Origin: Podarcis vaucheri
Lineage: Eukaryota
Assembly (NCBI GenBank): GCA_965113315.1
Contig: OZ220364.1
Strand: one strand, 5' to 3'
Length of the DNA: 64,000 bases
In this document: piece after piece, positions 1-13,157 of the stretch
Numbering within the stretch: position 1 is the stretch's first letter
Layout: every line of letters begins with the position of its first letter
Notes under the pieces: model-generated
What the model was told of the DNA's origin: nothing
Database searches by the model: none
Seen by the model: the letters and a program-made list of their open reading frames with translations, nothing else
Made by a program: the position numbers and the translations under genes

Positions 1-279
1 TGCCTTAACAACCCTGCACAACCCCATCCTGTCCTGGGTAGTACAGCTTCCGTACCACACACATAAGCCATAAGTGAGCACGCTCTCAATGGCACAGTGA
101 TAGAAGGCAAGGAGCAGTTTCTGCGGAAGATGGTTTTTCCTTAGTATTCTCAAAAAGTACAGTCTCTGCTGTGCCTTCTTCACAAGCCCCCTTGTGTTGA
201 CACTCCAGGACAGATCCTCTTGTAATTCAATGCCCAAAAATCTGAACGTTGTTACCCTCTCCACACAGACCCCATCAAT
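1..279 (-). mobile_element. Rex1/Babar-type LINE ORF2 fragment (C-terminal to RT), running off the window edge
   Basis: Open minus-strand frame IDGVCVERVTTFRFLGIELQEDLSWSVNTRGLVKKAQQRLYFLRILRKNHLPQKLLLAFYHCAIESVLTYGLCVWYGSC. The FLG, KKAQQRLYFLR and IESVLTY...WYG motifs are typical of Rex1. Confidence 0.88.
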
Positions 280-696
280 CAAAAGTGGCTGGACCTTTGT
301 GAATTCCCATGTGGCAAAAGCATCACTATTGTTTTTAATGGCTGCTTCTTTGGCCCACAAACACCTCTTCAAAATCCTGACACTGGTCCACACATACAGC
401 AAAAATGTAAACAAAGAAAAATCTGTGAACTATATTGTAATATACAGCCACTAATATTTGGCAGCCTTGAGATATACATCTATTTTTGTTGTGATACAGC
501 CATGCAGCAAAATGATCATCTGGTTAAGTTGGCAACCTAGAATAATAAAAAATCAAACTGGTGAACTATAACTAGAGCAAGATGATAATCCGGTTAAACT
601 GGGTGACCTATAATATCAATTCCATTCCTTCTCATTCCAATGGTAGTTTCTGTTTCTCATTCATGTCAAAATCATGATTGACCTGAAACTGTAGAG

Positions 697-810
697 CATG
701 GATGGGGAGCTTGTGTCCCCCTCAGTTGTTTTTGAACTATAACTCCTTTCATCATGCTAGCTGGGGCTGATGGGAGATATATGGAGAGTCACAAGTCCCT
801 ACTGCTCCTG
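697..810. mobile_element. Degraded palindromic hAT-type MITE
   Basis: Starts catggatggggagcttgtg and contains aactcc...gctggggctgatgggag. Same family as 817-955 and 63077-63201. Confidence 0.55.
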
Positions 811-816
811 GAACGC

Positions 817-955
817 AGGAACAGGGAGCATGTGTCTTTACAAGTGTTGTTGGACTTCCAACAGCCCATCAGCCCTAGGCCAATATGGCCAATGATCATG
901 GAAAATAGGAGTTATAGTCCAACAACACCTGAAGGCCTGTAGGTTCCACATCCCT
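817..955. mobile_element. Palindromic hAT-type MITE
   Basis: Inverted arms gtgttgttggact / agtccaacaacac, ending aggttccacatccct. Confidence 0.65.
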
Positions 956-1162
956 AATACAGAGGAAAAAGTGAAAAAAGAAAATATGGGTCAGTCTTCA
1001 TGCCAATCATTACACAACAGTAACTGTGCCTTTAAAAGTTCCCTGTTTTCCTTGATTCCTTTCTTCTGAGGTGTATTCAAAATTGATTTACAAAGGACAA
1101 GGCGACTTGGACTCATTCGTGAAAAGTTGGATACAGAATGCTGCTTTCCTGTCACATGTCTC

Positions 1163-1163
<1 letters not shown>

Positions 1164-1197
<34 letters not shown>
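1164..1197. repeat. (TTTA)n microsatellite
   Basis: Direct reading. Confidence 0.95.
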
Positions 1198-1714
1198 CTA
1201 ATTAGTATGCCTCCCATATTAAATATCTTTTGGATGACAGGTCTAGTGATATTACACTGTCTGTGGCAAAGTTTCTCTTGGAAGTTAAAAGAAACAAGGA
1301 TCATCATGCTTGAGACAAAATAAAATGACCGCCTTGGTTCCTCTCTCTTTTGTGGTTGGCTGTCTTAACTGTATTTTGTTCTGAAATTGTTCGATGGGTC
1401 TTTGGACTGCAATAAAGATTTTATTAATTAGTTTAAAGCCTAAATATAACATGAAACGATAGCATATCAGATTCGCATAAAATTGTAAGCCAGAAGCTAT
1501 ACATCATAATTAAATCCAACCCCTAAGGGCCTCCTAAGGAATCAGTGCAAACTGTACAATAATGGAGCCAGGTAGGCCTCCTTCCCAACAAAAGTGCTGT
1601 GATGAAGGAAAGGCCCTATCTTTTATTTCTCCATACCAAACTTCAGATGAAATGGCCTATGCTACTGGCAGTACACAGGGAAGTATATTTCATTTGAAGT
1701 ATGTTTTGAAGGAC

Positions 1715-2155
1715 CTGATGTATCCAGTTCTTAAGACCATTTAGGGCTTAGTGGTAAGAACCAGCATGGTGGATTGAGCCTAGAAAGAAGTATGCAACCG
1801 ATGCAGGTAAGGAGTATCTGGGAAACTACTCTTCCCAAGTGATATTTGCAGGCACACAAGCTGCCATTGCTCAAACCATCTAGTGCAGTAGAGGCGAAGG
1901 TTGAGTTGGTTGGGGTGAAAATACAGTGGTGGGCGAAGTGGGAGAAGGTTGAAGGAGAACTCTTCTCCAGCTTGGTGTCATGACCAAGTATTATGAACAT
2001 CCTTGAGCGAATACTTCGGAATCCAGAAGACGCTTCCGAACTCTATCACAGCTGAAATTTCTGAACACTTTTCAGAGGCAGCCTCACATAGGACACATTA
2101 CAATAGTCCAACTTGGATGTTACTAAGGATGCTACTAATGGCTGAGGAAAGGTAT
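1715..2155 (-). mobile_element. Decayed L2 LINE ORF2 fragment, interrupted by an insert
   Basis: Minus strand gives LVTSKLDYCNVSYVRLPLKSVQKFQL (2045-2125) and LHRL...AQSTMLVLT..LNGL (1735-1810), matching L2 motifs SRLDYCN and LHWLP...KALNGL. Confidence 0.7.
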
Positions 2156-3212
2156 CCACAGGCTGTTGCATAAGCAAATCACAGCCTTATGTTCATTTCT
2201 GTAGAAGGAGGACTCTGAGTGTGGGTAAAAAAAAGCAAATACAAAGTATGTGTATATACTACAAATTGTGTGCTTTTCCCAGTATTTGCTTTTTGGCCTT
2301 TCCTCAGTCCTCTTCAAATCAGCCCCAGAGGGAGGACAGCTGGAGTAAGATAGACTAGCATTGTGGGAGCCAGAGGGCTTTTTCACTCTTTGCTTCTCAA
2401 AGGTATGAGTTATAATTTTTTGCAGATCCCATAGTCTTAGCCATATATAGTATTGTGCCTCAGCTTTTGGATGCTGTATGATTAACTCCTTGCCCTACAA
2501 AACACAAAACAGAGTTATCCTCACCCTTATTAGATTTTTTTTCTTTACTATGATCTGATGCAAAATTATTTTTGTTTGGTCTACTCTATGCTGACAGCAA
2601 TTAATACTAAGGCCTAAAACTTAAAGGGATAGAGCTAACACATGTTTTTAATCTGTAAGCAAGTTATCCAATTATTTTAGGTAAACTCTATGATTGCAAC
2701 CATTCTACCTACTCCAATATAATGAATTTTTTTCTCCCAAAAGGTCTTAGGAGTTGTGTAGCCTTCTTGGTAAAAATATATGGCAATCTATTCTTTACCA
2801 TTCATGGGATTATTTAATGACTGTGCATTAATTGTTTGGGTGTTAGAAATAAGATACTGGGAGCATGACTGAGGAAAATCTTATGTGTGTCAAGATTACA
2901 ATTTATCATTATAAATTGAGCCTGTGTGACTCCTGGGCAAGAATGACTAATGTGATGGATTGGTGATGATGAAACATAATAAATAGAATGAATGGAAAAG
3001 GTCATATTTTTGAGCATTTTTTGTAATTATAAAGATGATTTGCCTAATCTGGTGCTCACTGCTTGTTGGTGCTCCTGTAAAATTAGGTGTTCCTAGCAGG
3101 GGAAAATGAAATGGCGGCAAACATAACAATAGTGCAACAATTGTGCTGGTTTCCCTAACAGATGGGGAATTATAATCTACACTTTAATATTTATATTCAT
3201 ATAGATGTCAAA

Positions 3213-3214
<2 letters not shown>

Positions 3215-3243
<29 letters not shown>

Positions 3244-3246
3244 ACA
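3215..3246. repeat. (GCA)n microsatellite
   Basis: Direct reading. Confidence 0.9.
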
Positions 3247-4552
3247 GAAGTAGTATTATTGAACAAGTCCCTTATTTGCATAGCAGCATCCCTTGATAGG
3301 CATAGATATAGAAGGTTTCTTGGTGTGGTTCTAAACTATGACAAAATATTTTAATTGAGGAGTATGTAAATAAATATACAAGCAAAGATTTATTTATAAC
3401 AATATTTATAGCATCATGTTTTATTTTAGGATTTTACTATCACCTCAAATATTGTATATGAGGTGGAATTAAATAAGTAATAAATTCACTGTATAACCTT
3501 TATAACATTTTGGGCTATGTGCCTGCATTTATCCTTTTTGGCAAGTTCTTCTTCATATGTCAGGTTTGCATTTATAGACAGCCAGTTTGTCTGATATTTA
3601 CAGCCATTCTCTTCCTTTGCTTTCTCAACAACAACCGTGATATACAACTTGGTCGTCACTATCATATATCTAACTATGGTATAGAAATTCATGTGTCTCA
3701 GTCTTGCTTCCTCTTTATGCAATCCTCCTGAGTTTTATAGGATGCTCTTAATAAGAAGCACATTATTCTGAAGAGGAAGTCCTTGAGCAGACGTTGCAAA
3801 GGAGTATGGCAAATTAGTTTCAGAATGTGGAAGGTCAACTCAGAAAGAAAGCGGAAATGTGCATTTCTATAGCTAAAAAAGAGAACTAGTACGCTGCTAA
3901 TTCTGTGATGTTTATATAACTCTTGCATTAGAATCAAGAGCAAGAGTCAAAATGTAGGGGTTATCTCCTTGATGCCAACTCTACTCCTCCAAGTTCAGAA
4001 AAGCTAGGATTTTGATCTGTACATCTTGGTAGAAGGCTCCTGATTTAAGAGAGAGGCAACTAAACCAAACCATTATTCAAAAACAAAGCAAGGGATACTG
4101 AGTTAGATACAGAGAACCTTCCTTCAATGGAAAAACTTTCTCTGTCTGAGGGAGGTACTTTCTCCAATGAACAAAGTGGTCCTTTGATAATTTAAAAAAA
4201 CACACCTTGAAGGAAGTTTGTTGGAGTCTGATTTTCTGGATCCACTCCATTAAGACGAAAACCGGACTGCTGTGTGAAAATGCAAGCAAGTCTAAGACCT
4301 CACAAATCTAAAGAAAGTTTCCTCTTAAAAGCTTTAAGTGCACCGCTGAAAGGCTATACCCCCCGAGTTATTCTGGTATGCAGGTGCTACCAAATGGACT
4401 TGGACTGGTGCATATGGCTTGCTCCTTAGGAGTGATGATCTGATATCCTAGGGACAGTCTTCATCAGTAAATGACCTCAGCAAAGGTTCAGGGGAAGCGG
4501 TGCTAGCTCCACAGCACAGAATTATGGACTCCAGGAATTCTACCAAAGATGG

Positions 4553-4780
4553 TAGCAGTTCGAAAGCACATCAAAGTGCAAGTAGATAAATAGGCACCGC
4601 TTCAGCGGGAAGGTAAACGGCGTTTCCGTGTACTGCTCTGGTTCGCCAGAAGCGGCTTAGTCATGCTGGCCACATGACCCGGAAGCTGTACGCCAGCTCC
4701 CTCGGCCTATAGAGCGAGATGAGCACACAACCCCAGAGTCAGTCACGACTGGACCTAATGGTCAGGGGTCCCCTTTACCC
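4553..4780 (+). mobile_element. Sauria SINE (POM-type), 5'-truncated
   Basis: tagcagttcgaaagcac...aagtgcaagtagataaatagg...gctggccacatgacccggaagctg...ggtcaggggtcccctttacc. Near-identical to the reverse complement of the copies at 28620, 38456 and 44053. Confidence 0.93.
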
Positions 4781-6295
4781 TAAGAAAAACAAGAAAAGAG
4801 GCCTGAAGCAATAGTTTCTCCTTCTCATGGTGACATGACCCAAGGACCATGCACTGCCCAGTGGAAGACTCAGAGGAGGGTAAGGCTCCAGCTTCATCCT
4901 GAATGGAAGAACTGCCAGGACTTTTTTCAGGAGCCCCTCAGCCACAGGACACAGCATTGCCAACTGCTCTGATTCAGAGAAGTCTCTCAAACTGCCCCAG
5001 TCTCCCCAGTCTTGCAGAAGGCAAAATAAGAGAAGGGCACTTTAAGAGCTAGCAGGCTCTTCTGGGGAGGCGGGGTTTTCTACACTACAGGTCTAGTTAA
5101 CTGTATCAGATGTAGCTTGGTGCATGCTGAGCAGTTTCAGTAGGACTCTGGGAGCTCTCCAAGGTCCTGCACAATCCTGCTGTAGTCTTGAATTTTTGGC
5201 TTGGCCTCTTGCTGAGACACTGAAGGGGCTCACCTGTGAGCCCCGCGCTCTTGCAGAACGCACAGGACGTTACCACACGACACACTGCAGCTGCTGAAAT
5301 GCCCTGTTTCTGCAGCTGTTAAAAGTGGAAGAGCCTGTCCTCATCACTAATGTGACTAGCATTAGTCAATATGACTAAAAAGGCAACATACTCATTTTAT
5401 TCTCTAAAATAAGTAGCATTTTATTCTTCCAATCATATTTTTATTTCATCTCTGCAGGAAATGTGACAGCTAATTGCTAATATTTCATTAAAAAACACAT
5501 ACAAAAAAAGTTTTTAAAAATCTAGAAATCTAGAAATTTTTCTGTTAATAAACATTTCATGCATTTCTTCAAAAACAGCAACAGCCAGCCCTCCCCGTAC
5601 CACTTTTTTTTAAAAAAAACAAACCTTTGCTCTTAATTTTCAGTATTATGCTATGGTCCTATTATACCCTGTGTATAGTTCCAAGGAGTACAATTTTTGT
5701 TTCCTAGTGTACATATTCCTAGTGTACATAATCACATTTTCTTGGCAATATATGATTAAATAATTTTCAGTCAACTATGGCTACAAGTGTGCTGCCTGCA
5801 CTAACATTCTTCTTGCTTGAGTACTTTGGTGACAGCTTCTCTTAAGGCTCCTTACCTTTGTCTGAAATTTACGGTCATTTATCCACCAGTGGAATTTTTA
5901 ATATGGCCCTGTCTGTTCAGTGGTTGTGTGTTAAATGCCAATAAACTGGCTAGAAAAGAGCTGAGAGACTAATTGCCTTTTATCTACAGTGTGATGATAA
6001 TCAGATGCGGGTGGGAGGAAAGACTCCTGCAGATTTAACAAGCCTAACTGACTACCATTTTAACATACTTTGTCTGTATGTATTTACTAATAAGCTAAAA
6101 CTTTCAGAATGCTTTATTTTCCACACCATGCTGTTCAGATTTAAAATCAATGTTTTGCTTGCTTTGATGGAACTGGTGGTCTATCAGGTAATCACTTCTT
6201 ACACAGTTCTAGCTTTTAGATGTACACAGCCTGAAACTAATGTGTCTGGAAATGTGAAACACTTACCAGGTATTCAGCTTCCTACCAGGTATACC

Positions 6296-6715
6296 TAGTG
6301 ATGTATAGAAGTGAGAGCTGGACCATAAAGAAGGCTGATTGCCAAAGAACTGATGCTTTTGAATTATGGTGCTGGAGGAGACTCTTGAGAGTCCCATGGA
6401 CTGCAAGATGATCAAACCTATCCATTCTGAAGGAAATCAGCCCTGAGTGCTCACTGGAAGGACAGATCGTGAAGCTGAGGCTCCAATACTTTGGCCACCT
6501 CATGAGAAGAGAAAACTCCCTGGAAAAGACCCTGATGTTGGGAAAGATTGAGGGCACAAGGAGAAGGGGACGACAGAGGACAAGGTGGTTGGACAGTGTT
6601 CTTGAAGCTACAAACATAAGTTTGACCAAACTATGGGAGGCAGTGGAAGACAGGAGTGCCTGGCGTGCTCTGGTCCATGGGATCACGAAGAGTCAGACAC
6701 AACTAAACAACAACA
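6296..6715 (+). mobile_element. Bov-B (RTE) LINE 3' fragment with (CAA)n tail and 12-bp TSD
   Basis: Frame ...ESWTIKKA...FELWCWRRLLRVPWTAR...KLRLQYFGHLMRRENSLEKTLMLGKIEG. TSD accaggtatacc at 6284-6295 and 6716-6727. Confidence 0.95.
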
Positions 6716-9700
6716 ACCAGGTATACCAGCCCCAGCCTCCAGAATTATTTGGTGTGTTTGTGTCATGGGCAGGCTGCTCTTAGAGGGCCTGTGAGTGTGT
6801 GACTATAGGGAGGAGACTGGGGGCTGTATGCCAGGAATACAAGTGGTGGTGAACAGTTAAGGCATCAGCCAGGTGGGCACTGCTGGGTTACATGAGCTGC
6901 TGGCGCTGCATCTGAACTATTCTCTTCGTTACAAACCTGGGCAGAAAGACCCTGATTTCCTATGTACATATATTTAGCAGCTGAAATGAACCAATAACTT
7001 GCAGGGATGACCAAAAAGAAAAGAAAACGATGACAACACCAGCTCACCTACTCAATGCCCTAAAGTTCATTTCCATTTTTATAGTGGATGCTATTTCAAA
7101 ATGCAAATGCTTGTGCACTTCTTGAAATAAGGTCAGAAGTGCTCCTTAACTTATGCCAATTGGTTTCCTTCCATTGACAATATGCACAGTACCCACATTT
7201 CTGGCGTCCTGCATTAAAACAACACTTGATATGACTTCTAAGAATTCTCAAACTAGTATCAGCCACTAGAAGGCCTAGCGGTAGGAGAGTGATGGGACTG
7301 CCCCTTGAGTTTTGTTATTTATTGGCATTTGGTTCCTGATTGAACTTCATTCCCTGGGATAAACATCCTACCTGTGTGTACGGTTGTAACTTGGGCAAAA
7401 GGTGTGAATCAAGACAAGTGCGTGATGAATAAAGCATGTTCATTAAAAGTGGGTTGGTTTTTTTAAATGCAACCACTTGCATCCCACAAGCACAGGAAGC
7501 TCATGGAAGGGGACTTTCCTCTCTACCCTGCTTGTGCAACAGGCCTCAGACCAACCTAGGTGATTCTCACTCCTCCCCTCCAGTGCCCCATCTCATGCTG
7601 CTCCAGAATATTCACCCCTAACTTTGGCACATTCATTCTCCACTTGTCAACAGGATGCAGTTGCTGTAGCACTGCTGTAGAAGCCCAGTGCTGCAGAGGA
7701 TTTTTGCACTAGGGTCAGAGGATTATGAGGAATAGAAGAGTTGCTCAGGGACTTTACTGCAGTGTCTCAAAGACCATGGAAGCAACTTCGTTCAGCTAAC
7801 ATCAGCATACAGCTCTATTAGCAATAAGGTGTGATGAATGAGTTTAGGGAGTTCATGCAAGCAAACCTCTCTAAACAAGAACAGAACTAAAAGTGTTGTA
7901 ATGGCAACCTGTAATTCAGATAGATATGTTACTCTGTTTGTATGCTGAGCACAGTGTGTATTCAGAAATCCAAAAGAATTGCTGCAGAAAGGAATATTGT
8001 TAGTTCCACAGTTTCTGAAAGGAGCAAAAGCTGTATCACATTGCAGCAAAATTTAAAAGCTGAAGGTCAAACTAAACATCATGTGTCCTTCATAAGATGC
8101 TTCATGCATCAGAGATTGCACACTCAAACACTTGATTCCATTGGTTTCTGCATTTGCCTATTTTGTAATTTCATAATTTGTTCCAGATTTAGGTGTGTGT
8201 GTGTTTCTCATGTTGACGGAACATTGTTCTACAACTGGAGTGATGAAATGTCGGTTTGGATGAATACATATTGAAAAGTAAGATAAAATTAAAACAAAAC
8301 CGAAAGCTTAGGCTAGGCTACAGCAGTCTGGGTGGTAACAAACTTGAGGAACTCCAGTTTCCTTATCTGGTCATGTGAAAGATTTCGGTCATGTTTGAGC
8401 TAAAAATATGCCAATTAGCTGTGCCACCATTTTAAAAACAAAAGCACCTATTGGAAATTTCTCCTTCCCACCCCTGTTTCCCCTCTCCAAGTATTTTATG
8501 GTACTAGGGTATACTTATCAAATATGGATTTTTATTACAAGATTTCCAGACAAGTAGGGGGAAATAGGGAGCTAATGTAGGATAAATGACTTCAACCACA
8601 GTTCAAAGGCACTAGCATTGGTACTGATTTAATAGCATGTTTCTTTATGGACTTGCTCTGAAGTTCATTAAAGTAATTTCAGTGACATAGTTCAGCATTT
8701 AAAAGATAACCTGAGTAATTCATTTCCAAAAAAGGTCAAAAATTACTTTGAAGCTCTTAAAGAAGATATGAGGGGTGTGAACAGGCCCCATGATTTACCA
8801 TGTATCTGTATCTGTGCATTCTTTAAAATTCCAGTCTATTTCTATGTTCTCTTTCCTTTGGTCTGTGTTTCAGGTTACAAGACACTCTGTATAAAATGAA
8901 GTGTTTCCCCATTCACTATAATGGGGAACCTAAAAATTTCCTCCTCTTTTGGCCAAAGTAGATGAATTTAAGGGAGCCCCTCTGGAGTAGAGTAAGCTTT
9001 CTGAACTACAAGTGAACAGGTCCAGGGGCATTTTGTGAAGGAAGTAACAGGGATTCCCTTTACTTCATAATACCTTACGAAGAGAGTGGGGGGTTGTTTC
9101 TATAATAAAAGGTGGCCAAGTGTTGTGTACTCTTGTTCATACCTTTTTTAAAAAAATTGCAGCTTCACCATGTCCTATCTGTCTGGCAGTTTTTGTGTGC
9201 CCTCAGACAGACCTTATATGTATTCCACAGGCCTTGTGATGTGACGCTGTCTAGAATACTGTGTGCAGAATTCTGAAGACCTCTGGAATTGTTGTTGTTG
9301 TTGTTAAAGCAACATGGAATTATTGAAGCAACACACGGCATCAAACTTCAAGCCCTTAGGGTTGCATTCAGTGCTATGTAAGTGCACTTACACTTGTGCC
9401 ATAGGCCACTCCTTCTTCTTCTCTCCCCTGCAGCCCCTAAAATCTGCTTGGGAGAGTCTCCCAACCACTGGAGCAGATTCTGAGGTTGAGGAGCCGCAGG
9501 CGGGAGGAGAGGAAGGGGAAGTTCTGCTGCCCAAGTGAAAGTGTGATGGTCTCATGGCACCATCTGGAAGGGGGAGAGTGTGGCAGGATCTGTCAGAGGG
9601 GAAAGAGTAGTCGGAGTCTGAGGAGTAGGATGGGGAGGGCTCCTGCAACACATTCAAAATCCCGGGGGGGGGGCGGAAGGAGAGTTGGCTTTGACCCCAC

Positions 9701-10100
9701 CTCTGCTGATGGATGTTCCCTTGGCAGCTGAGCCTGAGGCCAAGAGAGAGATTGAGGAACTGGACAAGCCTCTGTCTCTAAGGATGTGGTGTCAAATGCA
9801 CTAGTACAAATTGACTGAGCCCTTCCAGAGGGGTGCTCAGTTGCAGACGTAATCCATGCACTGAGGACATGATCCATGCAAATGGGAGGCTCCACTCGGT
9901 TGTTGAAAAGGAGAGCTGGGGGAGCATGTCAAGTGTTGGGCCAACATCTGAGCTTGGACTTCAGAGTCACAGAGTGAGAGCCACAGAAGAAAGTATGTTT
10001 TGTTCACACGACGACAGCATTCCATACAAGTTTCAAAATATTTTGGTACCTAAAGTAGAAATGGCACCCCATAAATTAAAATAGAATAAAAAAAGCATAC

Positions 10101-10372
10101 AAAAAAAGAAGATTCCACCTAAACATTAAAAAAGAAGATTCCACCTAAACATTAGGAAGAACTTCCTGACAGTAAGAGCTGTTCGACAGTGGAATTTGCT
10201 GCCAAGGAGTGTGATGGAGTCTCCTTCTTTGGAGGTCTTTAAGCAGAGGCTTGACAACCATATGTCAGGAGTGCTCTGATGGTGTTTCCTGCTTGGCAGG
10301 GGGTTGGACTTGATGGCCCTTGTGGTCTCTTCCAACTCTATGATTCTATGATTCTATGATTCTATGATTCTG
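10101..10372 (+). mobile_element. CR1 LINE 3' end with (ATTCTATG)n tail
   Basis: RRFHLNIRKNFLTVRAVRQWNLLPRSVMESPSLEVFKQRLDNHMSGVL*, then gggttggacttgatggcc...ttccaactctatgattctatgattctatg. Confidence 0.93.
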
Positions 10373-11722
10373 ATTATTGAGTGATTGTTGATTAATACTT
10401 GACAATTCCTTAATTAAAAATTGAGCGATTATTAATAATTATTTAAACTAAATAACTGGTAAGTTGTTGACCTTTTCACAATAGCCCCAAATTTGCCTCT
10501 TGAGAGAGGCCGCCTCATTCTCCTTGATATTAGTTCTGGCCCTGACCTTATATGAATTCTACATCAAAGCTGCACACTGAATCTTTAGCTTGCCTCGCTT
10601 TATTTCCTAAACCTGTTTATTTTTACTCCAGTTTTCTAACAGTGGCTCTGCCTTACAGAAAGTGCAAGAAACTGTAAAAATATTAACAAATATTGATAAA
10701 ACTGCAGGACTTTTAACCTTCCAGAGCATATAGCTAATATTCAGATAATCTCCATTAAAGTAGTTGTGTGTCGTTTAAAAAGCTGATGTGAAGAACAGAA
10801 AGATGAAAAAATGAAGATAGATCAGCACTTACAATTCTGAAATTTATCTTGCAAGTTGTGTCTTTTTAACAACCTTGTTTTTACATACTCTGTTTAAGAA
10901 ATTAATCAGGATATAGTTTGCTGATTAAAAAAGGTAGTGGGAAATTGATCTCCATTCCTGTCTCCTAGACTTAGCAAAAATTATGGTGATAAAAGGCCAG
11001 CTGCCTTTTTCCTCGCTTCAGTACTAGTCAGTCTCGCTTTTAATTTTTATGGTTTTGTTTTTTTTAAAAAACCAAACCCAAACCCTCATGCAACCTCCCC
11101 TTGAAGATGTAAGATGAGAGGAAAGAGGAGCAAAGACTGAAAGATCTTTTGTATATCTCACTCAACTGTACAGCCACTAGCAATTAGAGAAAGAGAAGAA
11201 AACGTACAGATGGGGGCAGGGAGAGTTTAAAGCTGATGCTAAAAGTTTAAGCAAAATTATTGAAATAATAATGCCCTTTTTTGCAAAAAAAATAAATAAA
11301 TCGGAGGAGTAATCTAATTCCAATTTCAAAAAAATGTTTCAAATGAAGAAAAGAATCATTGGATTGGATTGGATAACACTCTTTCAAGTGTATGAGAAAA
11401 CCTGCAAATGCTGATATTGGGCCACAAGCCTGGAGTTCGGTCAATAACAATCAGAATATTTGCTACAGAGCTGATGTTTGTTCCATTCAAGTCAATGCAT
11501 GGGGCCAGGACATACCCCTACCTAAACGCCATTAAATCATTTGTATATCACTGAACACAAGGCCTGGGTGAACTCAACTTCCAAAATGAGAATCCTAGAG
11601 AATAGGATGAGGTTTTTAAGTCTCCTTGATTTTCCCAGGAGTAAATTTTGCAAAATCCACGTCACGACAGATGCAACTTGTTTAAGATTAACTGCCAGGA
11701 ATGTCCCCATTAAGAAAGCAGA

Positions 11723-11815
11723 TTAAAGTGTACAATTCTGTGCATGTCTACTAAGAAGAAAGCCTAGTTGAGTTCAATGGGATTTACTCTGAAGTGTACA
11801 GAATTGCAGCTTTAA
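11723..11815. mobile_element. Short palindromic MITE-like element (~90 bp; related copies near 11890, 13402, 22480, 39125)
   Basis: ttaaag..tacaattctgtgca...gagttcaatgggatttact...tgtacagaattgcagctttaa. Terminal inverted arms with TTAA flanks. Confidence 0.6.
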
Positions 11816-12867
11816 TGCCTCATTTCATTTTTCCTGTTTGTTTACTCATTACATTTCCACAACATAAGTAAGTGGGTTAATGACTGTATCGCTAACCATA
11901 CAGTCATATGCATATCTGGTCAGAAGTGAAGCTCCTTGTGGTCAGTGGTACTTACTGCCAGGTATGTTTGTTGAGGATTGTAGCCAAGATGGCTGAAATG
12001 AAATAGTTAAGTGAAAGAACGAAAGACACTTTGCATTTAAAAGAGAAAAATATGACATTTTATTCCAGTGACTATTTGGACAGCAACATAAGGTATTAAT
12101 ATGCATTAAATCCAGGATACATTATTTTGTTAAACTACTGAATTAAATTTAGGAGTTTGCATGGATGCCTCTCAGTTGCTTTTAAATAACATTCCTGTGG
12201 CCTAGTTATAGAAGTTCAATCCTACTTACATTTGCAAAGAAACATCCTTATACCTCAGAGGAGTGTATATAACTACATGCATCTGAGTTCACTTTATTTA
12301 TTAAAGAATGTTTAAAATAATCTCATTTGTAGCAGGTTTTCTTGTTCAATATAAACAGATGCAGAAATGCACAATATTCAATTTAAGCCTGTATAGAGAT
12401 GGAAAAATGAAAGGCAATTAAGTCTGAGCCAGAATCAAATTCTTTCTAGGTATTAATTCCAGCCTTCTCTCCTCTACCCGCATTCTTGCCCCCTTTAAAA
12501 CAGTCCTTGATGTTTAGTAGCTTGAAATCATATGTCCATCTGTTAAGCCAATAGGTATGTGGAAACAAAGTTTTAAAGAAGTTTTTAAGAAGAGCCATAG
12601 AATTCAAAAAGGTTCAGGCTGATTTTTTAAAACATTTTTTTACTTCTGACTGTACTAATACATCAGCACTAGTAACTAAGCAGCTGAAAATATCTGGGTT
12701 AGTGGATGACCCATAATATGCAGCAAGCGAGGGAAACGAATCATCCAACATAGTAAGCAATCCAGACTCACTCTTTCGCCAGTAACTGACATGGAAAGCT
12801 AAGCCTTCCATTTCATCTTTTGCTGCTAACACAAATTGAGTAGCACAAGTGGGAACCACAACAGATA

Positions 12868-13157
12868 CAGTGGTGCCCCGCAAGACAAATGCCTCGCAAG
12901 ACGGAAAACTCGCTAGACGAAAGAGTTTTCCGTTTTGGAGGTGCTTCGCAAAACAAATTTCCTATGGGCTTGCTTCGCAAGACGACAATGTCTTGTGAGT
13001 TCCTGCTGTTTTTTTCCCCTCCCCCTTTTTCTAAGCCGCTAAGCCGCTTATCAGCTGATCCGATCAGCTTCGCAGCTTTCGTGCTTTGGTTTCCAAACAT
13101 TTTGGAAGTCAAACAGACTTCTGGAACAGATTCCGTTTGACTTTCAAGGTACGACTG
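12868..13157. mobile_element. Tc1/mariner (Tigger/pogo-like) MITE chimera with TA flanks
   Basis: TA|CAGTGGTGCCCCGCAAGAC... ends ...GACTTTCAAGGTACGACTG|TA. The two ends match only in the first few bases. Confidence 0.8.

Noticed and set aside
6282-6783. 134-aa and 104-aa ORFs
   Set aside because: Antisense and sense readings of a truncated Bov-B. Bov-B in squamates and its horizontal transfer are already well known.
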